Below are positions 35,914 to 45,254 of a stretch of DNA of 64,000 nucleotides, piece after piece. The position numbers and the translations under genes were made by a program. The DNA is from Candidatus Latescibacterota bacterium. GTDB taxonomy: Bacteria; Latescibacterota; UBA2968; UBA8231. The DNA lies in NCBI GenBank assembly GCA_965243025.1, contig CBDETY010000003.1, positions 2,176,001-2,240,000 of the forward strand, given 5' to 3'. The first letter of the stretch is position 1. Every line of letters begins with the position of its first letter. The notes below the pieces were generated by a model, which was not told where the DNA came from, ran no database searches, and saw only the letters and a program-made list of their open reading frames with translations.

Positions 35914-38618
35914 CCTTCGTTCTCTCGTCTTCGGACGGCGTCGATCCCGGCCGCATGGGAGGCAAGGCCGCCGCCCTCTCCCTGCTGGCCGGCACGGGGG
36001 TGGAAATCCCCGCATGGTTCGTGATCACGCCGGGCGCTTTCGAAGCCAGTCTCTCGCCCGCCCAGCGCCGCGCCCTGCTCCGGGCCGAAGGGCAGGAAGA
36101 GCTCGAGGGGTTCTTCGACCGGGTCTCGCCGGCGCCCCAGGTCCTGGATGAAGTAGAGAAAGGCTTCGCAACGCTGGGCGGCGATACCCGCTTCGTCGCG
36201 GTGCGCTCGTCCGGTGTACAGGAGGACGGAGTCGAGCACTCCTTTGCCGGCCAGTTCGAGAGTTATCTGTCGGTTACCCGGAAGCGCCTGCCGGCCCGGA
36301 TCGCCGACGTATGGCGATCCGGTTTCAGCGAACGCCTCCTCGCCTACCGCCGGGAGAACGACCTCGAAGGGCTGCCGCAAGCTCCGGCCGTGCTGGTGCA
36401 GGCGATGGTCGACAGCGAGACCGCCGGAGTCGCCTTCAGCGCCGACCCGGTGACGGGACGCCGCTCGGTGGCGGTGGTGTCGACCCTCTACGGCCTGGGA
36501 ACGGCGCTGGTCGGCGGGGACGCCGACGCGGATACCTATCGCGTCCACTTCGATGGCACGATCCTCGAGCGGGACATTGCCGCGAAGAGCCTGGCGCACC
36601 GGCCGGCCCCGGACAGTCCGGAAGGGTTCGCGGCGCAAGAGGTCGCGGAGCCCGCTGCCTCCAGGCCGGCGCTCACCGACGGGGAGGCAGCGCGCATCGC
36701 CGAGCTCGCCCGCCGCGCCGAGCGCCACTTCGGGCGGCCGCAGGACATCGAATGGGCGATGCGCGGCGGCGAGATCTTCCTCCTCCAGTCGCGGCCGATC
36801 ACCTCTCTGGCCGCGAGGCCGGATCCCGACGGGGTCCGCACCATCTGGGACAACTCGAACATCGTAGAGAGCTACAGCGGTATCACCACCCCCTTGACCT
36901 TCAGCTTCGCCCTTCACGCCTACGATGGGGTCTACCGCGAGTTCTGCCGCCTCCTGGGCGTGACCAAGGGCAAGATCGCGGCCAACGACCTCACCTTCCG
37001 CCGCATGCTCGGGCTTGTGCGAGGCCGCGTCTACTACAACCTCCTCAACTGGTACCGCGTCATCGCCCTGCTCCCCGGCTACAGCTTCAACCGCCGCTTC
37101 ATGGAACAAATGATGGGGGTGCGGGAGAGTCTTCCCGACGAGATCACCGCCGCCGCATCCAGCGCTTCCCCGCCGGAGCGTCTTCTCGATCTGCTCCGAC
37201 TGGGCCGCACTGTTGCGGGAATGGTCGTCAACCACGTGCGCCTGCCCGGCATGACCGCCCGGTTCGAGGAGCGACTGGATCGTGCCCTTGCTCCTCGGGA
37301 GCCACCACTGGAGGCGATGCGGCTCGACCAGCTGACCGCCGACTATCGTGCCCTGGAGTCGAATCTTCTGACGCGCTGGGACGCACCGTTGATCAACGAC
37401 TTCTACGCCATGGTCTTCTTCGGCGTTCTGGGCCGCCTCACGTCCAGGTGGTGCTGCGCCGGGAAGGACGAACAGGGCTCTCTGTACAACGACCTGGTGT
37501 GCGGCCAGGGGGACATGATCAGCGCCGAGCCCGCAAGGCGCATCGTCGAGATGGCCACCGTCGCAGCGCGCCACTCCGAGCTGACCGAGGTCCTCTGCCA
37601 GGGGGCGGCCAAGGCGGCCGAGAAGGCCTTGCGCCGGCACGAGGAGCTGGAACGACTCTACGACGATTATCTCGCCACCTTCGGCGATCGCTGCCTCGAA
37701 GAGCTCAAGCTCGAGTCGACTACTCTTCTCGACGATCCCGAGCCCCTGCTGCGCTCGATCGGGCACGCCGCCGCACGACTGGCGCGCGGTCAGACCTTCG
37801 ATTCCGGTCATCAGTCGGCCGTGCGGCAGAGGGCGGAAGAGAGGGTGCGGCGGGCCCTTGCGCGGCGCCCCTTGAGGCGCGCCGTCTTCGCCTGGGTTTT
37901 GCGCAACGCCCGCCAGCGGGTGCGGGACCGGGAGAATCTGCGGTTCGAGCGTACCCGCATCTTCGGCCGCGCCCGCAGGATCTTCCTCGAGGTCGGGCGC
38001 AGACTGTTCGCCGAGGGAGTCCTCGACGACCCGCGCGACGTCTTCTACCTCGAGCGCGAGGAAATCCTGGCGTACGCCGAAGGGGCCTCGCCTTGTGACG
38101 ACCTGCGCGGTCTCGCCATCGCGCGCCGCCGCGCCTTCGAGCGCTACGCAGAGCACGAGGCTCCGGCCAACCGCTTCGAGACCTTCGGCGCCCCCTACAT
38201 CGCCAACAGCTGCGCGGGGAGCGGCATGGGGACGGGAGAGCAGGGTGAAGCCGGCGAAGAAGACGTACTCCGCGGCCTCGGTTGTTGCCCGGGAGTCGTG
38301 CGGGGCCGGGCGCGCGTGATCCGCGATCCTCGCGGGGCGGAGCTGCAACAAGGGGAGATAATGGTGGCGGAGCGCACCGACCCGGGATGGATCATGCTCT
38401 TCCCGGCCGCCGCCGGCATTCTGGTCGAGCGCGGCAGCCTGCTCTCACACTCGGCGATCGTGGCCCGAGAGATGGGAATTCCCGCCATCGTCTCCATCGC
38501 CGGCCTCACTGCCCGAATCAGGAGCGGTCACTGGATCGAGATGGACGGCTCGGCCGGCCGGGTGAGCCTGAACCCGCCGCATCCTGAAGCCGGCCCGGAG
38601 CAGGGAACCCGTCCATGA
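35910..38618 (+). CDS. PEP-synthase/rifampin-phosphotransferase-like enzyme (ATP-grasp, central substrate domain, C-terminal phospho-His domain)
   Basis: MGGKA, VAVRSS, EDG.EHSFAGQFES, QDIEWA and LQSRPIT; C-terminal ERTDPGW...GSLLSHSAIVAREMGIP; ATGA overlap with the upstream gene. Confidence 0.88.
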   Translation: MTFVLSSSDGVDPGRMGGKAAALSLLAGTGVEIPAWFVITPGAFEASLSPAQRRALLRAEGQEELEGFFDRVSPAPQVLDEVEKGFATLGGDTRFVAVRSSGVQEDGVEHSFAGQFESYLSVTRKRLPARIADVWRSGFSERLLAYRRENDLEGLPQAPAVLVQAMVDSETAGVAFSADPVTGRRSVAVVSTLYGLGTALVGGDADADTYRVHFDGTILERDIAAKSLAHRPAPDSPEGFAAQEVAEPAASRPALTDGEAARIAELARRAERHFGRPQDIEWAMRGGEIFLLQSRPITSLAARPDPDGVRTIWDNSNIVESYSGITTPLTFSFALHAYDGVYREFCRLLGVTKGKIAANDLTFRRMLGLVRGRVYYNLLNWYRVIALLPGYSFNRRFMEQMMGVRESLPDEITAAASSASPPERLLDLLRLGRTVAGMVVNHVRLPGMTARFEERLDRALAPREPPLEAMRLDQLTADYRALESNLLTRWDAPLINDFYAMVFFGVLGRLTSRWCCAGKDEQGSLYNDLVCGQGDMISAEPARRIVEMATVAARHSELTEVLCQGAAKAAEKALRRHEELERLYDDYLATFGDRCLEELKLESTTLLDDPEPLLRSIGHAAARLARGQTFDSGHQSAVRQRAEERVRRALARRPLRRAVFAWVLRNARQRVRDRENLRFERTRIFGRARRIFLEVGRRLFAEGVLDDPRDVFYLEREEILAYAEGASPCDDLRGLAIARRRAFERYAEHEAPANRFETFGAPYIANSCAGSGMGTGEQGEAGEEDVLRGLGCCPGVVRGRARVIRDPRGAELQQGEIMVAERTDPGWIMLFPAAAGILVERGSLLSHSAIVAREMGIPAIVSIAGLTARIRSGHWIEMDGSAGRVSLNPPHPEAGPEQGTRP

Positions 38619-39730
38619 GCACCGAAGCGGCGGCGCAGGCCGATTTCTCGTTCATCCGCTACGCGCAGTGCTGGGAGGACGCCGACGTTCTCCTCGAGGC
38701 GCTCGAGGTTGGCGAAGGGGACGTCTGCCTGTCGATCGCTTCGGCGGGAGACAACTCGCTCTCACTCCTGTCCCGGGGTCCGGCGCGCGTGATTGCCGTC
38801 GACATGAACCCGGCGCAGCTCGCCTGTCTCGCGTTGCGCGTCGCCGCCTACCGCGTGCTCGGGCACGGCGAACTCCTGCAACTCGTCGGCTCGCGGGAAT
38901 GCGCCGACCGGGAAGCTCTCTACAGACGCTGCCGCGGCGCCCTCGAGACCAGGGCTCGCGGCTTCTGGGATGCCCGCCCGGAGCTCATCCGGGCCGGCAT
39001 CGGCGGCGCCGGAAAGTTCGAGCGTTACTTCGCCGCTTTTCGCACAAAGGTATTGCCGTGGATCCATCCCCGGCATCGAGTCGACCGGCTCCTGGCCGGC
39101 GGCACCCTGCAGGAACGCCGGCGTTTCTACGCCAGGAGCTGGGACAACCGGCGCTGGGGTCTCCTCTTCCGGCTCTTTTTCTCCCGCTTCGCAATGGGCA
39201 GGATGGGCCGCGATCCGGCTTTCTTCCGCTACGTGGAGGGCTCGGTGGCGCAGCGCATCCTGTCGCGGGCCAGGCACGCGGCCACCGAGCTCGACCCCGC
39301 GGCCAACCCCTACCTCCAGTGGATTCTCACCGGCCGCCACACCACCGCCCTGCCCCACGCCCTGCGCGAGGAGAATTTCGACGCCATCAGGGAAAACCTG
39401 AACCGGCTCGAATGGCACCGCATGTCGATCGAGGAACTCCTCGCCTCCGAGCCCGGGCTTCGCTTCGATCGCTGCAACCTGAGCGACATCTTCGAATACA
39501 TGTCAGACGAGAGCTTTCACCGGCTGCTCGCCACCCTGGCCGACCGCGCCCGCAGCGGGGCCCGCTTCGCCTACTGGAACATGCTGGTGCCCCGCAGCCG
39601 TCCACCGCAGCTGGCGCACGCTCTCACTCCGCGCAGCGAGCTTGCCGAGCGGCTTCACCTTCAGGACAAGGCGTTCTTCTACAGCCGGTTCGTCGTCGAG
39701 ACGGTAGAGGGGGAGGCAGGGCCGCGATGA
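38615..39730 (+). CDS. DUF3419 / BtaA-like SAM-dependent 3-amino-3-carboxypropyl transferase
   Basis: IRYAQCWEDAD, SIASAGDN, AVDMNPAQ, NPYL and LSDIFEYM; ATGA overlap. Confidence 0.82.
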   Translation: MSTEAAAQADFSFIRYAQCWEDADVLLEALEVGEGDVCLSIASAGDNSLSLLSRGPARVIAVDMNPAQLACLALRVAAYRVLGHGELLQLVGSRECADREALYRRCRGALETRARGFWDARPELIRAGIGGAGKFERYFAAFRTKVLPWIHPRHRVDRLLAGGTLQERRRFYARSWDNRRWGLLFRLFFSRFAMGRMGRDPAFFRYVEGSVAQRILSRARHAATELDPAANPYLQWILTGRHTTALPHALREENFDAIRENLNRLEWHRMSIEELLASEPGLRFDRCNLSDIFEYMSDESFHRLLATLADRARSGARFAYWNMLVPRSRPPQLAHALTPRSELAERLHLQDKAFFYSRFVVETVEGEAGPR

Positions 39731-41100
39731 CACTCACCGCCACCCTCCTCGCCATGGCGGTCCTCCTCGCCGCGTTTGCGGTGCTCCTGGCTGGTCTCAA
39801 GGCGATTGAGAAGAGAAGCCGTCTCCATCCCGAACTCCTGCGCAAGGGCATGCACGTCCTCATGGGGATGGTCCTCCTTCCGTTGCCCTGGGTCTTCGAC
39901 CGCGCCTGGCCGGTGATCGTGCTGGCAGTCCTCGCCTGCGGCGCCATGGTGGCGGCGCGCGCCAGCCGCCGCCTGCGCAGCGGCATCGGAACGGTGATGG
40001 GCGGAGTCGGGCGGAACAGCCTCGGCGAAATCTACTTCCCGATCGCCGTGTGTCTCCTCTTCCTCCTCAGCCGCGGCGACTGGCTGCTTTACGTCGTTCC
40101 CATCCTCATGCTGGCGCTGGCGGACGCCGTCGCCGCCCTGGTGGGCCTTCGCTACGGGTTGTCGCAGTACCGGACTTCGGACGGCCACAAGAGCCTCGAG
40201 GGTTCTCTCGCATTCTTCCTGGTGGCCTTCTTCAGCGCCCACCTTCCCCTCCTGCTCCTGACCGGCACGGGACGCGCCGAGGCCGTCCTGATCGCCGCGA
40301 TCCTCGCCCTCCTCCTCATGATGCTGGAGTGCGTGGCGTGGCGCGGACTGGACAACCTCTTCATCCCCCTGGGGGCCCACGCTTTCCTGCGCCTCTACCT
40401 GGGTGCAGAAACCGGGCTTCTCCTCTTTCACCTGATGGTTGCCGTGCTCCTGACGGTTTTTGCACTGGCCTGGAGGCCGCGCAGGAAGCTCGACGACAGC
40501 GCGCTCATCGGATGCGCGCTCTTCGGCTACGCCGCCTTCACGCTGGGCGGTTGGCTGTGGCTTTCCGGACCGGTGGTCTACTTCCTCACCCTGATCCTGG
40601 TCTGGCCGCGCTCCCCTGCGGATCGTCCGCACACCGTGTATGCCATGCTCGCGTCTTCGGCCGCGGGCCTGTGCTGGCTGTTCGCCCACTCCATCACCGG
40701 GAAGGGGTGGCTCCTGATCCCCTTCACCGGCTCCTTCGCCGCCCAGCTCACCCTGTACGGGGTCGCGAGGTTCGGCCACCTCCCCGACCGTGGACCGCGT
40801 TCCCTGCGCCTGCTCGGCGACATAGGTCTCGGCTGGCTTCTCATTCACTGCCCGACCCTGCTCATCGCTTTCGCCTATGGTCTCGCCGACCTGGCGTCCC
40901 ACGCTCCCGTACTGGATGTCCCCGGTCTCTTCAGCGACCTCGGTCTCGGCCTGTTGGCCACCAGTATGGTTGCGGTGGTCTTCTACCTGCTGGTGCCGCG
41001 AATCTACGGTCCACCCATGCGGGAGGCCGCCATCAACCCCACCTTCGCCGCCCTCGGCATTGTGGCGTCGGTCGTGGCGGCGCTGCGCTGGCTGGGCTGA
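39727..41100 (+). CDS. Membrane CTP-transferase / dolichol-phytol kinase-like protein
   Basis: ELLRKGMH, SLGEIYF, ADAVAALVG.RYG, KSLEGS and GLDNLFIP; extra C-terminal TM domain; ATGA overlap. Confidence 0.78.
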   Translation: MTLTATLLAMAVLLAAFAVLLAGLKAIEKRSRLHPELLRKGMHVLMGMVLLPLPWVFDRAWPVIVLAVLACGAMVAARASRRLRSGIGTVMGGVGRNSLGEIYFPIAVCLLFLLSRGDWLLYVVPILMLALADAVAALVGLRYGLSQYRTSDGHKSLEGSLAFFLVAFFSAHLPLLLLTGTGRAEAVLIAAILALLLMMLECVAWRGLDNLFIPLGAHAFLRLYLGAETGLLLFHLMVAVLLTVFALAWRPRRKLDDSALIGCALFGYAAFTLGGWLWLSGPVVYFLTLILVWPRSPADRPHTVYAMLASSAAGLCWLFAHSITGKGWLLIPFTGSFAAQLTLYGVARFGHLPDRGPRSLRLLGDIGLGWLLIHCPTLLIAFAYGLADLASHAPVLDVPGLFSDLGLGLLATSMVAVVFYLLVPRIYGPPMREAAINPTFAALGIVASVVAALRWLG

Positions 41101-41149
41101 GGGGGAGAAGGTGGTCCGGCAGCGTCGGCAGCAGGGAGAGGCCAGGAGA

Positions 41150-41272
41150 GTGAAGACGACCCTTGCCCTGTTTGCCCGGCTGCCGGTGGCCGGGAGCCTC
41201 GCCCTCCTCGCGGCGGACGCGAGTGCACAGTCGATCGATGACGCAAGGTCCGCCTACGCAGAGGGCCGCTAG
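41150..41272 (+). pseudogene. 40-aa remnant of a secreted protein (signal peptide plus first helix)
   Basis: GGAGA RBS, GTG start, VKTTLALFARLPVAGSLALLAADASA-QSIDDARSAYAEGR, then TAG. Confidence 0.4.
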
Positions 41273-41310
41273 CCGCGCCGGTTGCAAACCTTCCACACAG
41301 TCGAGGAGAG

Positions 41311-42309
41311 ATGAGCCCTTTTTCCATTGTCGAACGGGTCGAGGATCTGGCGTCGCTGCGGGCCGGTCCGGTGGAGCCGTTGCAGGCCGAGGACTTCCTG
41401 CTCACAGCGCCCTCCCGCCATCTCGCATTGCAGGACGCGACGGGCGGGTTGCTCGCCCGTTGTTCGCTGTGGAGGGCCCGCGACGCCCATGGCGAGCCGA
41501 CCACGGCCGGCCGGATAGGACACTATGCCGCTCTCGATGCCGGTGCCGGCAGGGCGCTGCTGGGACAGGCCTCGGACTGGCACCGGTCCGAGGGGTGTGA
41601 ACGGGTCATCGGTCCGATGGACGGCTCCACCTGGAACCGCTACCGAATGCTGACCGAGCGCGGGACGGAACCGGTTTTCTTCCTGGAGCCCGACAATCCC
41701 GACGACTGGCCCCGGCACTTCGCCGACGCCGGATTCGCGCCGCTGGCGACCTATGTCTCGGCGCTCAATTCAGACCTCGACCAGTTCGACCCGCGTTCCG
41801 ACCGGCGGCGGTCCGAACTCGAACGGAACGGCATCACCATCCGGACCATCGACGTCGAGCGCTTCGACGCCGACCTCGCCGCCATTCACGAGCTGTCGCT
41901 GGCGGCGTTCGCGGGCAATTTCCTCTACAGCCCCATCGCGCTCGAGACCTTCGTTGCCTCCTACACTCCGATCCGGCCCTGTCTCGTTCCCGAGCTCGTC
42001 CTTCTCGCGGAGCAGAGCGGGCAACCCGTCGGCTTCATCTTCGGCATCCCGGATCTCATGGAGCCGGCGCGAGGCGAGCCCCGGCGCACGGTGGTCCTCA
42101 AGTCGCTGGCGGTGCATCCGTCCTGCGCTGGAAACGGCCTCGGCGGTCTGCTGGTGGACGATTGTCAGCGGGCGGCGAGGAAGCTCGGGTTCGAGCGCGC
42201 CATTCACGCCCTGATGCACGAAAGCAACCTGTCGCGGAGGATTTCGGCTCGCTACGGAACCGTTATCCGCCGCTACACTCTCTACGAGAAATCGCTGGTC
42301 CGGGAATGA
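41311..42309 (+). CDS. GNAT-family N-acyltransferase (tandem GNAT-like)
   Basis: GPMDGSTWNRYR, FFLEPDNP, and LAVHPSCAGNGLGG (acyl-CoA binding motif A); GAGGAG RBS. Confidence 0.8.
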   Translation: MSPFSIVERVEDLASLRAGPVEPLQAEDFLLTAPSRHLALQDATGGLLARCSLWRARDAHGEPTTAGRIGHYAALDAGAGRALLGQASDWHRSEGCERVIGPMDGSTWNRYRMLTERGTEPVFFLEPDNPDDWPRHFADAGFAPLATYVSALNSDLDQFDPRSDRRRSELERNGITIRTIDVERFDADLAAIHELSLAAFAGNFLYSPIALETFVASYTPIRPCLVPELVLLAEQSGQPVGFIFGIPDLMEPARGEPRRTVVLKSLAVHPSCAGNGLGGLLVDDCQRAARKLGFERAIHALMHESNLSRRISARYGTVIRRYTLYEKSLVRE

Positions 42310-43919
42310 ACATCAGCCAGGTCCTGATCGATCGGGCCGCCGAGCGGCCCGGGGAGCCCGCGATCGTCGAGGCGGTGGGAGGGGGGACGCGCTCCCTCAC
42401 CTTCGGTCAGATGGCGGAACGCTCGGCGAGAGCGGCCGCACTCCTGCACTCGGCCAAGCTCCACGAGGGGGATCGGATCCTCGTATTCCAGCCGATGTCC
42501 ATAGAGCTCTACGTCGTCCTCCTGGCGATCTTCCGTCTCGGCCTGGTGGCCACCGTGCTGGATCCCTCGGCCGGACGCCGGCACATCGAGCAGTGCTGCA
42601 GCATCGCCCGTCCAAGGGCGTTCGTCGGCCCCGCCCGGGCACACATCCTGCGGTTCGCCTGTCGAGGTCTGCGTCGCATCGAACGGCACTTCGCAACCGC
42701 GGGCTGGGCCCCTGGTGCGACCCGGTGGTCCAGGCTCGAACGCCTCGAGCCCCTGAAACCGGTCACCGCCTGCGATTCGTCGCACGACGCCCTTCTCACC
42801 TTTACCAGCGGCAGCACCGGAGTGCCGAAGGCGGTGGTCCGCAGCCACGGTTTCCTGCTGGCGCAGCACGAGGTCCTGGCCGAGTCCATCGAACTCGAGC
42901 CCGGCGAAGTCGACCTCGCCACGCTGCCGATCTTCGCGCTCGCCAATCTGGCCTCGGGCGTGACGACGGTCATACCACGGTGCGACCTCCGTCGTCCCGG
43001 TTTCGTGGAGCCGGCCCCGATTCTCGAGCAACTCAGGCGTCATCGCGTCACCCGGACCGCCGGATCCCCGGCGCTGTACGCCAGGCTGCTTCAGGGAGCT
43101 CGCGCCGCAGGGGAGGCAGGAAGCGAGAGCGGTGAGACGAGCCTCGGCACGCTCGAGAAGCTCTACACCGGCGGCGCTCCCGTCTTTCCCCGCCTCCTGC
43201 AGCAGCTCCGTTCGGCGATGCCGCAGGGCCGGGTGATCGCAGTCTACGGCTCGACCGAGGCAGAGCCCATCGCTCACCTCGATTGGGACGAGGCGGAACC
43301 CGCCGACCTGGACGCCATGTATGCCGGCAAAGGACTTCTGGCCGGAAGGCCGGTGCGCCAGATCGAGTTGCGCATTCTGGACAACCGCTGGGGGGAGGCT
43401 CTTCCGGAATTGAAGGCAAGGGAATTCGCCGAACGCGCGTTGCCTGCGGAGCGGGGCGGCGAGATCGTGGTGAACGGTCCCCATGTGCTCGCCGGCTACC
43501 TGGGCGGAATCGGCGACGAGGAAACCAAGTTCCTGGTCGAAGGGGAGGTCTGGCACCGCACCGGCGACGCCGGCTGCCTTGACGCCGCAGGCCGACTGTG
43601 GCTCCTGGGACGCGCCGGGGCGGTCATTCGGGACGAACGCGGCACGATCTATCCCTTCGCCACCGAGTGCGCGGCAAGCCAGCTGGCCTGGATCGAAAGG
43701 AGCGCTCTCGCCGGGCACAACGGCGAGCGTCTCCTGGCGGTGCAGCTGGGGGCACGGGCGCCTGCGGACGCGGAGCGGCGCGTGAAGAAGACCCTAAGCT
43801 GGGCACAACTCGACCGGGTCGTGCGGTTGGCGCGAATACCGGTCGACCGCCGCCACAACGCGAAAGTCGACTACCCCAAACTGAAGAAGGAACTCGAACG
43901 CCATGGCAACTGCCGATGA
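42306..43919 (+). CDS. AMP-dependent acyl-activating enzyme (OleC-like ANL family)
   Basis: FTSGSTGVPK, TGGAPV, YGSTEAEP, WHRTGDAG, LLGR and DRRHNAKVD (OleC-like C-terminus); ATGA overlap. Confidence 0.88.
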   Translation: MNISQVLIDRAAERPGEPAIVEAVGGGTRSLTFGQMAERSARAAALLHSAKLHEGDRILVFQPMSIELYVVLLAIFRLGLVATVLDPSAGRRHIEQCCSIARPRAFVGPARAHILRFACRGLRRIERHFATAGWAPGATRWSRLERLEPLKPVTACDSSHDALLTFTSGSTGVPKAVVRSHGFLLAQHEVLAESIELEPGEVDLATLPIFALANLASGVTTVIPRCDLRRPGFVEPAPILEQLRRHRVTRTAGSPALYARLLQGARAAGEAGSESGETSLGTLEKLYTGGAPVFPRLLQQLRSAMPQGRVIAVYGSTEAEPIAHLDWDEAEPADLDAMYAGKGLLAGRPVRQIELRILDNRWGEALPELKAREFAERALPAERGGEIVVNGPHVLAGYLGGIGDEETKFLVEGEVWHRTGDAGCLDAAGRLWLLGRAGAVIRDERGTIYPFATECAASQLAWIERSALAGHNGERLLAVQLGARAPADAERRVKKTLSWAQLDRVVRLARIPVDRRHNAKVDYPKLKKELERHGNCR

Positions 43920-44062
43920 CAGCTGGACAAAAAAGGCTGTTCCTTGAGAGAGAGCGCTTGTGAAGCGGTTGGGGGAGGGCACGAGTTTTCAAGTGGGCAG
44001 GTGGAATCCAGGATTGGAGCTTTAGTCGATTTTTTATTTGGAGTCAGCCTCTGGGCCTGCTG

Positions 44063-44452
44063 ATGTGCAAAGGGGCCCGCAGTGCTGACCTGGAAGGAAA
44101 GGTGGCGATCTATCACTGGTCGATCGACCAGAAACGGATGAGCGAGAATCCCCGTACGGAAATTCCTGTGGTTGAATTCTCAGGACATATTCCGGAAACG
44201 GAGTTTCAGCCGTCCGGAATCGAGCGGCACCCTGCCTCGGGGAACTACTTCGTCGTGGCTGCCCGTCAGCGCGCCATAACCGAGATCACCCCCGACGGGC
44301 AGGTCCTGGCCGTCAGGCAGTTTTCCGCGCAATGGCATCGCCAAGTTGAAGGCATCACTTTCGCGGCGGACAACACCCTGATCGTTGCCGATGAAGGCGC
44401 GGGTGGAAAGGCCGGAATAACGGTTTACCCGATAAAGAAACCCGGCAAGTAG
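44063..44452 (+). pseudogene. C-terminal fragment of an SdiA-regulated/YjiK-like beta-propeller protein
   Basis: FQPSGIERHP...HRQVEGITFAADNTLIVADEG resembles the last blades of that family; no signal peptide or N-terminal half. Confidence 0.5.
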
Positions 44453-44551
44453 CTGTTTCAGGGCAGCTACTGGTCTGGGCGGTCCGGATGGGCGTTCAAG
44501 TGCGGGGCTCTTCGGCCGAACACCGATTGTAACGGCCGCTTATTTCGAGGA

Positions 44552-44854
44552 TTACTCCGGGCGAAGCTGCTGCAGGAAACCGTCGAGACCCTCGTCGAAA
44601 CGCTCGATGAGCTCCGGGACCTTGTCGGCGATCTCCCCGACCTTGAGGGGATCGAGGTCGGCGGTGTAAGCGTGGCGGAACAGGTGCCTGAAACGGCGCA
44701 GTTCGTCGAGAATTCCCGCGGTCTCAAGAGACAGCAGGGCGGGCCGGATGCCCTCGATCCGCAGCTTCATGCGCCGCAGCAGGCCGGTGTGGCAACTCTC
44801 CCCTTCAACCCGGTTCTCGAAGGTCCCGGCAACCTCTTCGAACAGCTGCTCGAA
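44552..44854 (-). pseudogene. HEPN (HepT-like) ribonuclease toxin lacking its N-terminus
   Basis: Frame reads FEQLFEEVAGTFENRVEGESCHTGLLRRM...LDELRRFRHLFRHAY (R-X4-H motif); upstream of FEQLF the frame meets TGA before any ATG. Confidence 0.75.
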
Positions 44855-45185
44855 AGACTTCCAGCCCCGCTTCGGTGAACGAATCGGCCGCGGGATGGCG
44901 GTCGAGGTCGATGACGTCGACCTGCCTGGCGGTCGCCTCCTCCAAGTCCTTCATCACCTCCAGAACGGCATGCGAACAGCCCCGGACAGCGACGTCGACG
45001 TCCGATGAGCTGCGCCATGCCCCCGGCGTCTTGAGTGAACCGACGATCCAGGCGGCCTCGATTCCATGCTTGCGGCGGATCCGCCTCAAAACCTCCTGCA
45101 CCCGTTCGAGCAGCGCGCCGCGCTCCTGCTCCAGCTTCAACCGCCGGCTCCTGAGGGCCTCGTCCAGTCTGCTCGTGTCGAACAT
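44805..45185 (-). CDS. Minimal nucleotidyltransferase (MNT) antitoxin; C-terminus reads through into HEPN sequence out of frame
   Basis: WIVGSL...SDVDVAV...VDVIDL (GS-x-DxD motif); GGAGG RBS. Confidence 0.82.
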   Translation of the reverse strand: MFDTSRLDEALRSRRLKLEQERGALLERVQEVLRRIRRKHGIEAAWIVGSLKTPGAWRSSSDVDVAVRGCSHAVLEVMKDLEEATARQVDVIDLDRHPAADSFTEAGLEVFRAAVRRGCRDLREPG

Positions 45186-45254
45186 GGAACCTCCGGCAGA
45201 TGAGCTTACATCAATATCAATAAGGTACGGGGAATGCGGGTACTCCCGCGATGC

